Assembly: GCA_051819745.1 (NCBI GenBank)
Contig: JBNJGO010000004.1
Coordinates: 1 to 49,003, forward strand
From: Nanobdellota archaeon
GTDB taxonomy: Archaea; Nanobdellota; Nanobdellia; Woesearchaeales; SKGA01
DNA length: 49,003 nucleotides
Reading direction: 5' to 3'
How positions within the stretch are numbered: the stretch's first letter is position 1; each line of letters opens with the position of its first letter. The translations under genes were made by a program, and so were the position numbers. Under the pieces are notes generated by a model that searched no databases, had not been told where the DNA came from, and saw only the letters and a list, made by a program, of their open reading frames with translations. This document shows positions 1 through 8,513 of the stretch, piece by piece.

Positions 1-201
1 TTACAATTTTCTTGGATGCTTTTCATCGCGGAAACAGTGTCAGGATCGATTGCCATAAAGAAAAGAAAAGAGAACTACTATATAAATATTATTTTTTTTT
101 ACTACTTTTAAGTTAAAATAATAGTTTTTTTTAAAACAAACAACAAAACCACCACCTAAAAATCAATAATTATTGAGAGAAAAAAACAACATAATTATTT
201 A

Positions 202-753
202 TTAATCCAACTGTTTGAAAAAAGTTTTTTTCAAAGGGAAACATAATTGTTTATTCCTGAGAACATCAACTTCATCCCAAATATATTTTGAAAATAAATC
301 AGATCTCAAATCAGAAATTAATTTCTCTACAACAGCATCATCAAAAAATCGTTTCATAAGTTCTTCAGCAACGATATGAACTGTTGCTTCTAATCTTATT
401 TCATTTATACTATTTTTAGATAAAAATAAATCATAAAAATTATTTTCAAAAAATATATTATGAGTTAATAAGCGAAAAAAATCAAAAAAAATTTTATTAT
501 TCTGTTGATTAACATTTAATAAATTAGGTCTCGATATCGAAGGATATGTACCTAAAATTAACCAAAAAGAATAAGAATTATTTTTAAAATTCAAACCAGA
601 CAGTTTATTCAAATTCGAAATTAAATCAGTTTGATATTTATTTACAAATTTATTTAGCACAAGCAATTTCGATTCAAAAAAAGTTTCATCAAATTTTAAG
701 TGTAAAAAACCATCCACTAAAGGAAAGGATGTTTCAAAAGTAATACTAATCAT
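202..753 (-). CDS. RiPP-cluster accessory protein; HExxH-degenerate paralog of 2696..3250 (family not recognised)
   Basis: ORF 202..762 starts at TTG. The first ATG, at 753, overlaps the stop of the SagB-like gene (ATGATTAG, 746-753). It is collinear by eye with the 184-aa ORF 2696..3250: ITFETSFPL/VTFQTSYYL, FWLILGTYPSISRPNLLNV/VWLFHGWQPSTSTPLLLNT, FFDFFRLL/FFNLVHEL, EIRLEATVHIV/YIELEAIVNTV. It has THNIF where the paralog has HELIH. A T7 run follows the stop on the coding strand. Confidence 0.6.
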   Translation of the reverse strand: MISITFETSFPLVDGFLHLKFDETFFESKLLVLNKFVNKYQTDLISNLNKLSGLNFKNNSYSFWLILGTYPSISRPNLLNVNQQNNKIFFDFFRLLTHNIFFENNFYDLFLSKNSINEIRLEATVHIVAEELMKRFFDDAVVEKLISDLRSDLFSKYIWDEVDVLRNKQLCFPLKKTFFKQLD

Positions 754-1480
754 ATTTCCCAATGACCCCCATATAAATTATTTTTTCATCATCCGGAAAA
801 TCTAAGAACTCATTTATCCCATCATCTGTGAAACCACCAATCGTACAACAACCTAAATTCAAATTTTCTGCAACTAAATACATGTTTTGAGCTAAATGAC
901 CTGCATCTAAATAAACATAACGAAAAGATCTAGCACCATATTTTATTTGGGCCCTGTCATAAGGACTTGAAATCATAATTAAAACAGCAGAATCCAGAAC
1001 CATATCTTGCGAGATAAATTTATTTAAGGTAGGTATTTTAATTTCTTTGATTAAAAGCTCTAAAGAATGAGATAAGACATCATAATGATAAATACCTGGT
1101 TCGACACCTACACAATTTTGTACAGCAACATATATTTCAATTGGAAATCTTGCTCCTGCTGAAGGATAAGCTCGTCTAGTATCATCTAATGACTTTACGG
1201 AATTTGAATTTGTAATTCCTGCTGAAAAAAATAACAAGGTTGATAATTCTTTAATTGTAATCGGTTTTTTATTAAATTCTCTACGAGATTTTCGTTTTAA
1301 TATCAGTTCGAATAAACTATCGCTTTTAATATTCGGTTCAGGTAAATTAATTTTTTTAAATCGAGGGTATGATTTAAAATAAATTTTAACCCAGGATTTA
1401 GGAGTAAATTTAGATGAAGCTCCATCTAGAGAAAAGATGTTTGTTTTTTCGTGTAATTCTTTAAATGTTGTCATTTTCAT
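746..1480 (-). CDS. SagB-type (nitroreductase-fold, FMN) dehydrogenase of azole RiPP pathways
   Basis: 244 aa. Nitroreductase/SagB-like motifs: KRKSRREF, RRAYPSAGARFPIEIYV, YLDAGHLAQNMYL, GCCTIGGF...DDEKIIYMGVIGK. The ATG overlaps the YcaO stop (ATGA at 1477-1480). Confidence 0.85.
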   Translation of the reverse strand: MKMTTFKELHEKTNIFSLDGASSKFTPKSWVKIYFKSYPRFKKINLPEPNIKSDSLFELILKRKSRREFNKKPITIKELSTLLFFSAGITNSNSVKSLDDTRRAYPSAGARFPIEIYVAVQNCVGVEPGIYHYDVLSHSLELLIKEIKIPTLNKFISQDMVLDSAVLIMISSPYDRAQIKYGARSFRYVYLDAGHLAQNMYLVAENLNLGCCTIGGFTDDGINEFLDFPDDEKIIYMGVIGKYD

Positions 1481-2703
1481 ACAAATGGATGTGGAATCTT
1501 ATTTAATTTTTGTTTTTTAATTCGAGGACCAAAAAAATATTTAAAATGTTCAAATAAATATAGTGGATGTAATTCAGGAATAATTGTTTTATATACAAAA
1601 AAACCAGCATTTCTTGTTTCTTTAGAGGTTAAATTTTTTGTAAAAACAGTAAAATTTTTTTCAGACAGTAAATTCAAAACATTTTTGAGATAATCAGATT
1701 TAGAAATTTTAATTTTTAAATTTTCAATCGATGTTTTTCGTGGAGTATAAAGAATAAAATCAAGATGTTTAATCATAGATGATGAAGACCAAAATAAACC
1801 TCTATCCTCAATAGAACTCATATTTTTTTCATCTTTAATTGATTTTCCTTCAATTAATTGGTATCTAATCCACAATCTAGTATGTTGTGCTTCAAGAATC
1901 GCCCCTTTTGTAGCTAACAAGACATCCCAATCAGTTTTAGTTCCTATAGAAATAGCAGGTCCAACACCACTCCTATCAACAAGCACACATAGAATTGTTG
2001 GAATTTTAATATCTGTTGTTATATCAAAAAAATAAGGTTCTAAAAAATATCGCTTCATTCGAGAAATTATCTCATTTAAATCAGAATCATTTATAGAATC
2101 AATGTTTATTTTAATAGGTGACCTTTTTTCCAAATAAGTTAACATAAATGAATCTCGTTCTATAAGTTCACAGATTCCTTTGTAAATTGCTTCTTCTTTG
2201 GTTGATGCGCACGCAGCACCATTACTTATTGGTAATCTTAATACTCTTTCTTTATTTGAATAAGGGACATAAATTAATTGCGAAGGTAAATAAATATCTT
2301 TATTATTTAATATATCAAAAACAGAAATCCAATTAAATTCTTCATCATGTAACTCTTGCTTCAAAGAATAAGTTATTTTTTGGTTATTAACAAAACGCAC
2401 AGGATCAATAGCATTATCCAATTGATTAAAATTTTTTTTAATACCTATTTCAAAATTTGAGGATAGTTCAAATCGCTCAATACATTCTCCCATTGCTTTA
2501 ATTTGTGCTTTGTTATCAGTTAAAGAAAGTCCAGAACCTTGATTATCATCATCTTTTATAAAATCAGGTAAACCATTCACATTCATAAACGCAGTATACT
2601 GAAAAAACTTAGGCTCATCTGTAAATTGAAATGATTTCTGAAGTGAAGAAATAATTTTATTTTGTTCAAGCATTGAACGCATTCTACTAAGCGTATTATC
2701 CAT
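1477..2703 (-). CDS. YcaO-family cyclodehydratase
   Basis: ORF 1477..2715 starts at TTG. The first ATG, at 2703, overlaps the upstream gene's stop (ATGGATAA, 2696-2703). YcaO hallmarks: GSGLSLTDNKAQIKAMGECIERF, SNGAACASTKEEAIYKGICELIERDSF, and a Pro-rich C-terminus (KIPHPFV). At about 408 aa it is a YcaO domain only, with no fused E1-like domain. Confidence 0.9.
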   Translation of the reverse strand: MDNTLSRMRSMLEQNKIISSLQKSFQFTDEPKFFQYTAFMNVNGLPDFIKDDDNQGSGLSLTDNKAQIKAMGECIERFELSSNFEIGIKKNFNQLDNAIDPVRFVNNQKITYSLKQELHDEEFNWISVFDILNNKDIYLPSQLIYVPYSNKERVLRLPISNGAACASTKEEAIYKGICELIERDSFMLTYLEKRSPIKINIDSINDSDLNEIISRMKRYFLEPYFFDITTDIKIPTILCVLVDRSGVGPAISIGTKTDWDVLLATKGAILEAQHTRLWIRYQLIEGKSIKDEKNMSSIEDRGLFWSSSSMIKHLDFILYTPRKTSIENLKIKISKSDYLKNVLNLLSEKNFTVFTKNLTSKETRNAGFFVYKTIIPELHPLYLFEHFKYFFGPRIKKQKLNKIPHPFV

Positions 2704-3250
2704 ATGTTTCACCAAACCATTTTGAAAAAGAAATATTTTTACGTTTAATGAGAGTATTTATTTCTCTCGTACGAATCCAAACATATTTATAAAAACCACC
2801 GAACTCAGCATGAAAAGATAATTCTTCAAGATCATCTTTGGAGAATATTTTTTTAAGAACTCGTATTAAAACCGTATTCACGATTGCTTCAAGTTCAATA
2901 TAATCCCATTCTCCAAGATTATTTTTAATTGGAATATACATAATATTTTGATGAATTAATTCATGAACAAGATTAAAAAAACAAAAATTTAACTGCTCAC
3001 CATAAGTGTTTAAGAGTAAAGGTGTTGAAGTACTTGGTTGCCATCCATGAAATAACCAAACATCAATTTTTTTAATAGGCCATCTCACACCCGTTTCTGT
3101 TTCAATTGCTTTTAACAAATAAGATTTATGTTTGAAAAATAAATTTTTCAATTTTTCTAAAAAAGCATTAAGTTTTTCTCTATTATAAGGAACACAAATT
3201 ATCTTTGATTGCAGATAATAACTTGTTTGAAAGGTTACTTTAACGACCAT
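2696..3250 (-). CDS. Putative HExxH metallopeptidase-like protein (RiPP-cluster accessory; family not recognised)
   Basis: 184 aa. ATG at 3250 is preceded by AGGT. HELIH (aa 96-100) is encoded at 2951-2965. It is a paralog of ORF 202..753 and lies between the precursor-like ORF and YcaO. Confidence 0.6.
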   Translation of the reverse strand: MVVKVTFQTSYYLQSKIICVPYNREKLNAFLEKLKNLFFKHKSYLLKAIETETGVRWPIKKIDVWLFHGWQPSTSTPLLLNTYGEQLNFCFFNLVHELIHQNIMYIPIKNNLGEWDYIELEAIVNTVLIRVLKKIFSKDDLEELSFHAEFGGFYKYVWIRTREINTLIKRKNISFSKWFGETYG

Positions 3251-3292
3251 ATTAATTACCTGAAAATAAATTAAATAAAAAAAAAAGAAAAA

Positions 3293-3493
3293 TCAATCCA
3301 CTTTTGATTCGAGCATATCTTCGGTAACTTTACAACCATAACAGCCACCACCACAAGAACGACAACCAGAACATTTTGATGCATTCGAAACAGCATCATA
3401 TGGTTTTAGAGGACTTTCTTTCATTGAATCGGTATCCAATTTGTAAGATAAATTTGGCTTATAAGAGTTTTTTAAAGTATAAACTCCATTCAT
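3293..3493 (-). CDS. Candidate RiPP precursor peptide (Cys-rich core CSGCRSCGGGCYGC)
   Basis: 66 aa. The ATG is preceded by GGGGG 7-11 nt upstream and by an AT-rich TATA-like tract. The N-terminal ~40 aa are leader-like with no Cys. The core has five Cys at aa 41-54 (nt 3332-3373) interleaved with Gly/Ser, followed by an acidic tail VTEDMLESKVD. It lies immediately 5' of the modification genes. Confidence 0.65.
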   Translation of the reverse strand: MNGVYTLKNSYKPNLSYKLDTDSMKESPLKPYDAVSNASKCSGCRSCGGGCYGCKVTEDMLESKVD

Positions 3494-3762
3494 TTTAAAA
3501 CCCCCGACGGAAACCCATCAAAGTAAATTTTAATTATAATATATTTAAATCTTTGGTTGATTTTTGGAAATAAAATTTAAAATTAAAAAACTTAAGAACC
3601 AATCAAAAACAATAAATAATTATTATTTCTTATTCATAAAATTTTTTTAATGTATATTTATCATAATTCATCATAAATAAAACAAGACATAAGAATATAA
3701 GCAATACAAAAATAAAAATAAAAAAATAAACCAATCTTAAAAAACAGCATCTAATCAGTCAG

Positions 3763-5991
3763 TTAACCATAATAACTCGGTTTCTGATCTTTCATCTGTT
3801 GACCTTTTGCCGAAGAGAACTTATCTTTAAGTTCTTGATACGAATCTTGGATTTCCTTAGAAGCACTTGGTGTAACTTTTTTCAAGGCTTTATTGAATGA
3901 TGACATTGAAATACTGTTAGTATCAATATTTTTACGCATTTCAATCATGACAGCTTCACGACAAACAGCTTCAATATCAGCACCGACATACCATTGCGTG
4001 TTATTAACTAACGTGTCGATATCAACATCTTTATCCAATTTCATACCATCCAAATGAACTTTAAAAATAGATCTTCTCGCTTCAGCATCAGGAGCATTAG
4101 CGAGAACAATACGATCAAAACGACCAGGTCTTAGTAGCGCCGTGTCCATAACATCAGGCCGGTTCGTTGCCGCGATGACAACGACGTCATTGAGTTCTTG
4201 AAGCCCATCGAGTTCAGTAAGTAATTGGTTAACTGCATTCATACCACTTTCGCTGGACGCGTTTTGTTCAACTTTACGATTCGAAGTGATCGCATCAATC
4301 TCATCAATGAAAATGATGGAAGGAGAAACTTGACGTGCTTTTTCAAATAATTTCTTGACAAGCTGAGGTGTTTCATTCACCCATTTGGAAAGCAATTCAG
4401 GACCTTTTACAGCAATAAAATTTGCTTCGCTTTCCTTAGCAACAGCCTTTGCAAGCATCGTCTTTCCGGTTCCAGGAGGACCATACAGTAAAATACCTTT
4501 TGGAGGCGTTACACCAAGACGTTGAAATTTATCTTTGTGTTTAAGAGGCCATTCGACAGCTTCAATAAGATCTTGTTTGACTTCTTTCAAACCACCAATA
4601 TCATCATATTTGACATTTGGCGTTTGCACAAGAACTTCTCTCATCGCGCTTGGGCGAACAGATTTGAGAGCTTCAAGCAAATCTTTATGAGATATACTGA
4701 CGTTTTCCAACACTTCTTGAGGAATAGAATCTTCTTCGCTGAGCTTTAGATCAGGAAGTAACCGTCTTAAGACAACCATTGCAGCTTCTTTGCAAAGAGC
4801 TGAGAGATCCGCACCAACAAAACCATGAGTGATACGAGATATTTTTTCAAGATCAACATCATCAGATAAAGGCATGTTTCTTGTGTGAATCTTGAGAACG
4901 TTTTTACGACCGTCTACTGAAGGAACACCAATTTCAATCTCACGATCAAAACGACCAGGACGGCGAAGCGCCTGATCAATAGAATTAACAATATTTGTCG
5001 CGGCCATAACAACGACTTTTCCTCGAGTATTCAAACCATCCATAATCGCAAGTAATTGCGCAACAACTCTCCGTTCAACTTCACCTTTAGATTCTTCACG
5101 TTTAGGAGCAATAGCATCAATCTCATCAATGAAAATGATGGAAGGAGCATTCTCTTCAGCGTCTTCAAAAATCTTTCTAAGATTCTCTTCAGATTGGCCG
5201 TAAAATTTACTCATTATTTCAGGACCATTGATAACATGAAAATTACTATTTGTTTCGTTAGCTACCGCTTTTGCAAGAAGGGTCTTACCAGTTCCAGGGG
5301 GACCATGAAGTAAAACACCTTTTGGAGGTTCAATCCCAAGACGTTCAAAGATTTCAGGATGTTTGAGTGGAAGCTCGACCATTTCACGAACTTTTTTCAC
5401 TTCATCACTAAGACCACCAATGTCCTCATAGGAGACTTCAGGAACTACAGGCTCTTCTTTGAGTTCGACAGCTTCGTTTAAGAATTCCACATCAGTATCT
5501 TTAGTGACAACAACAGGAACTTTTTTTGGATCTGTAGATACAGTAATAAACTTGATATCACCAAGACCAAAGCGAGAAAAAGTACCTCCAAGGGAGATAA
5601 GATCACCTTTTTGAACAACACGAGAATTTAGTGCTCGATTGAAAAATACGGGATTATCAACCTTTATCTTGATACCTTCTCGTGCGGGAGCGATAGTCAC
5701 TTTATGAGCTTCTTTTACATCCGCTTTTTCAACGACAACATATTCTCCAATACTAGTTTTTGCATTTCGACGGACTAAGCCATCCATACGAATAATGTTA
5801 AGCCCAATATCTCCTGGAAGAGATCGTTCAACAAGAACTGTCGTTGATCGCTCGCCAGAAATAGTTACAAAATCTCCGGGATTAACATCTATTTTTCTCA
5901 TGTAAGAGCTATCCATACGAACAATGCCTTTATTGACATCTTCTTGGATAGCTTCAACAACTTTCAAATGAATTTGTGGTGTTTCAGTCAT
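3763..5991 (-). CDS. cdc48: CDC48/VCP-like AAA+ ATPase (two AAA domains)
   Basis: 742 aa. It has a double-psi-barrel-type N domain, two Walker A motifs (GPPGTGKT twice), two Walker B motifs (IIFIDEID twice), and RPGRFDR twice. AGGTGAT precedes the ATG. Confidence 0.95.
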   Translation of the reverse strand: MTETPQIHLKVVEAIQEDVNKGIVRMDSSYMRKIDVNPGDFVTISGERSTTVLVERSLPGDIGLNIIRMDGLVRRNAKTSIGEYVVVEKADVKEAHKVTIAPAREGIKIKVDNPVFFNRALNSRVVQKGDLISLGGTFSRFGLGDIKFITVSTDPKKVPVVVTKDTDVEFLNEAVELKEEPVVPEVSYEDIGGLSDEVKKVREMVELPLKHPEIFERLGIEPPKGVLLHGPPGTGKTLLAKAVANETNSNFHVINGPEIMSKFYGQSEENLRKIFEDAEENAPSIIFIDEIDAIAPKREESKGEVERRVVAQLLAIMDGLNTRGKVVVMAATNIVNSIDQALRRPGRFDREIEIGVPSVDGRKNVLKIHTRNMPLSDDVDLEKISRITHGFVGADLSALCKEAAMVVLRRLLPDLKLSEEDSIPQEVLENVSISHKDLLEALKSVRPSAMREVLVQTPNVKYDDIGGLKEVKQDLIEAVEWPLKHKDKFQRLGVTPPKGILLYGPPGTGKTMLAKAVAKESEANFIAVKGPELLSKWVNETPQLVKKLFEKARQVSPSIIFIDEIDAITSNRKVEQNASSESGMNAVNQLLTELDGLQELNDVVVIAATNRPDVMDTALLRPGRFDRIVLANAPDAEARRSIFKVHLDGMKLDKDVDIDTLVNNTQWYVGADIEAVCREAVMIEMRKNIDTNSISMSSFNKALKKVTPSASKEIQDSYQELKDKFSSAKGQQMKDQKPSYYG

Positions 5992-6031
5992 GGAATATCA
6001 CCTTTTAACACCTAACGACTTTAGAAGTCAA

Positions 6032-6472
6032 TCAGGCAGAATTTCCTTTTTTTGTTGCTTTAGCAGAACCTTCTCCTTGAATTTTTGGAAGTTTAACGGG
6101 AGCCGGAAGGTTTATTTCCTTACTCAAAATGAGAGCTTCAACATTACATTGATGTAAAATTCTGTTGAACACAACAAGAGCAATATCTTTTGGAAGGGAT
6201 TTTTTATCTTTCCACTCGTTAGATATGGTAGTTGCTGTTGATTCGTCAGCTAGATAGAGTAAATCACCTTCAAGAAGAATTTTTCCGATTTCAGGAGAAT
6301 AATTTGCAGTGTAAGAAAAGGATATTCTGAATGCTCGTTGTTTACTTCCTTTAACAACATTTGATTCTTCAACATCTTTAATGTTGAGACCAGAGTTGAT
6401 ACTTACTTTTTTAGATTGTTTTTTGTTTTTTTCAACAAGTATTTTTGTAAAGCTGAAATTTAATATTGTCAT
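6032..6472 (-). CDS. Hypothetical protein
   Basis: ORF 6032..6592. The internal ATG at 6472 is preceded by GGAGGAAC (6477-6484). The upstream 40 codons look non-protein-like. No family recognised. Confidence 0.5.
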   Translation of the reverse strand: MTILNFSFTKILVEKNKKQSKKVSINSGLNIKDVEESNVVKGSKQRAFRISFSYTANYSPEIGKILLEGDLLYLADESTATTISNEWKDKKSLPKDIALVVFNRILHQCNVEALILSKEINLPAPVKLPKIQGEGSAKATKKGNSA

Positions 6473-6623
6473 TGTAGTTCCTCCATATACATGCTTTTCA
6501 TTTTTTACTAGAGCACAATAAGGAATACCATAGCAATACACTGCTACATACCCTCTCCCCATAGTGCCAGCGGATTTAACTATATCCACCATTTAAACAA
6601 GAGCAAGAAATAGTATTTAAAGG

Positions 6624-7628
6624 TTATTGTTCCAGGGTGTCTGTTTCAGCGAGAAAACGGATTCGTCGGTATTCAGCAAGCGCATAAGAAGCGAATGTTT
6701 CGTTATGTATAACTAGCACATTTTCATCATTATTTTCTCGGGCGTTCTTGGTTGGATTGTACGATCCCATGACAGTGGTAGAATTATCGATGATAAATAT
6801 TTTTTCATGCATAAAACCAGGATTCGCATCAGTTAATACGTCAAGACCATGATCGCGAAATAATGGAAGCTCACTATAAGGATTTTGTCCGGAGCTTTCA
6901 AAAACCCCACTGACAGTAACGTTTTTTGAGATGTTAATAACTGTTTGCCCGAGAGCATCACTTGTAAACATAAAAGAAAGTATTCTAAGATGAGATTTTG
7001 TCGTTTTGAGAGTGTTTGAGAGTAATGATTCGCATTCTTGGACCGGACTAAAACACACATCAATCATAGAACCAGAAAGATTAACGTGATAAGGTGTTTG
7101 AGGATGAAAAAAAGTTTGAGAATCGGAAGAGGATGTTGTTTTAATTCGAGACCATTCTTTGAAATATAATTGTGCAATTTTTTGAGAACGAACCAAAACA
7201 ATAGCATTATCGTTTAAATACGAACCAGTGAAAGTAGGATTCCACGTTCCTGTAAGTACTGTTTTATTGTTGAAAATACAAAATTTATGGTGCATTAATC
7301 CTTTGCTTGAAACAGGGCTTATATAAGAATGGTTTGATAGCTCGGTGGAACAAGAATCTTCAAAAATCAATGAATTTGTTTGATTGAGAGTAGAGTTGAA
7401 TAAGTCGGGATCAATATCATAAAACGCACAATAAGCAGATTCTGATTCGTTGATAAGAGTGTTAAGAAGGAAAGGACAATTATGATCCTGACAACTGAAA
7501 AAATCGACCGAACCACTATCTGAAAAGGTTGTTTGAACTAGAAAAGAAGGTTGATATATCCAGATTAAACCTGCCAGATACACTAGTAAGAATAGAGAAT
7601 AATATATTGCTCGTCGAGGAAAATACAT
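6624..7628 (-). CDS. Phospholipase D/nuclease-superfamily (HKD) protein, N-terminally membrane-anchored, probably extracytoplasmic
   Basis: There are two HKD-type motifs: MHHKFCIFNNKTVLTGTWNPT (Asn in place of the motif Asp) and MHEKIFIIDNSTTVMGSYNPT. The N-terminus has a TM helix (YYSLFLLVYLAGLIWIY). There are many N-x-S/T sequons. The ORF starts at TTG 7640; the first ATG is at 7628. Confidence 0.8.
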   Translation of the reverse strand: MYFPRRAIYYSLFLLVYLAGLIWIYQPSFLVQTTFSDSGSVDFFSCQDHNCPFLLNTLINESESAYCAFYDIDPDLFNSTLNQTNSLIFEDSCSTELSNHSYISPVSSKGLMHHKFCIFNNKTVLTGTWNPTFTGSYLNDNAIVLVRSQKIAQLYFKEWSRIKTTSSSDSQTFFHPQTPYHVNLSGSMIDVCFSPVQECESLLSNTLKTTKSHLRILSFMFTSDALGQTVINISKNVTVSGVFESSGQNPYSELPLFRDHGLDVLTDANPGFMHEKIFIIDNSTTVMGSYNPTKNARENNDENVLVIHNETFASYALAEYRRIRFLAETDTLEQ

Positions 7629-7692
7629 ATTCTTAATCAAGATAATTATTTTTTTTAAGAACTTAGGAGATATATCCGAAAATATTACGGTT

Positions 7693-8259
7693 TTAGTGTT
7701 TTAATCGTGAAGAGAGAGAATCAAAGCTTTTTAGGATGCTGGATTTAGTTTGAGGATACTTGGTGTGAACTCGTTCAAGAAGTTCGTGAGAATGATTGAT
7801 GAAAGGTTCTTTAATGTCAAATATTTTTTTTAGCTCTAAACACTCAGCATAGGAAAATAACCGCAATGGATTGACCGAAGGTTGCAATGAAGATAATAGT
7901 TTTTGTTCAGATTGTTTTGTGAATAAAGAAGTTAATTGCAAAGAAACATGTTCTTCGAGAGGAGAAGCGATAATACGTTGATAAGAATCTGGATGAGGTT
8001 GCAAGTCAGAAGAGTTCGAAGATTGTATGAGTACTTGAGCAGGCGATTTTTTAAAAATCTCATCAAGTAATCGTTTAAGGATCAGTGCAGAAGATATTTG
8101 GGAGGAGGTAATAACATAAGTATTTTTTGGATTAAGCTCTTTTGTTTTTCGCAAGTGTTTTCTTAATCGTTTTTGAGCCATACGTAGAAACAATTCTTGA
8201 GTATAGTTACATCTAGTAAGATCGGAATAGAACTCACCCTTTGAAATCTTTTCAACCAT
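7693..8259 (-). CDS. Hypothetical protein
   Basis: ORF 7693..8271 starts at TTG. The first ATG is at 8259, with an AT-rich TATA-like tract about 25 nt upstream, so the transcript may be leaderless. No family recognised. Confidence 0.45.
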   Translation of the reverse strand: MVEKISKGEFYSDLTRCNYTQELFLRMAQKRLRKHLRKTKELNPKNTYVITSSQISSALILKRLLDEIFKKSPAQVLIQSSNSSDLQPHPDSYQRIIASPLEEHVSLQLTSLFTKQSEQKLLSSLQPSVNPLRLFSYAECLELKKIFDIKEPFINHSHELLERVHTKYPQTKSSILKSFDSLSSRLKH

Positions 8260-8513
8260 ATAAAACGTCAATGGAAATATATTTTTAATACTATCGAAGA
8301 ACTAGGATTGAAACCACTTTATAATAGCTACAGAAGAGAAATATTTATAAAGTTGGAGTCACTTCTTTAGAGTAGTGTTTGAAATAGTGAATTGAACACA
8401 GTATTACTCACAAGCACTCACCTCTTTTTCCCGGGAGGACTGCACTTCTTGTGCGGTCCTTCAGGGTTTAGAGTTCCTTCTAAAAACAGCACACAAGAAA
8501 AAATAAGATAATA

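Noticed and set aside
1-56. An 18-codon minus-strand ORF (MAIDPDTVSAMKSIQENC) ends exactly at the window edge, downstream of the RiPP operon. It ends in Cys, so I briefly considered it as a second small peptide.
   Set aside because: It is bounded by an in-frame stop seven codons upstream of the ATG and has no ribosome-binding site or promoter-like element. It is too short and featureless to support. It lies after the operon's oligo-T terminator.
4522-5313. ORFs 4522..4749(+) and 5056..5313(+) lie antisense inside the CDC48 gene.
   Set aside because: Their translations are low-complexity, Phe/Asn/Ile-rich sequence typical of antisense frames of a strongly supported gene. They have no start context.
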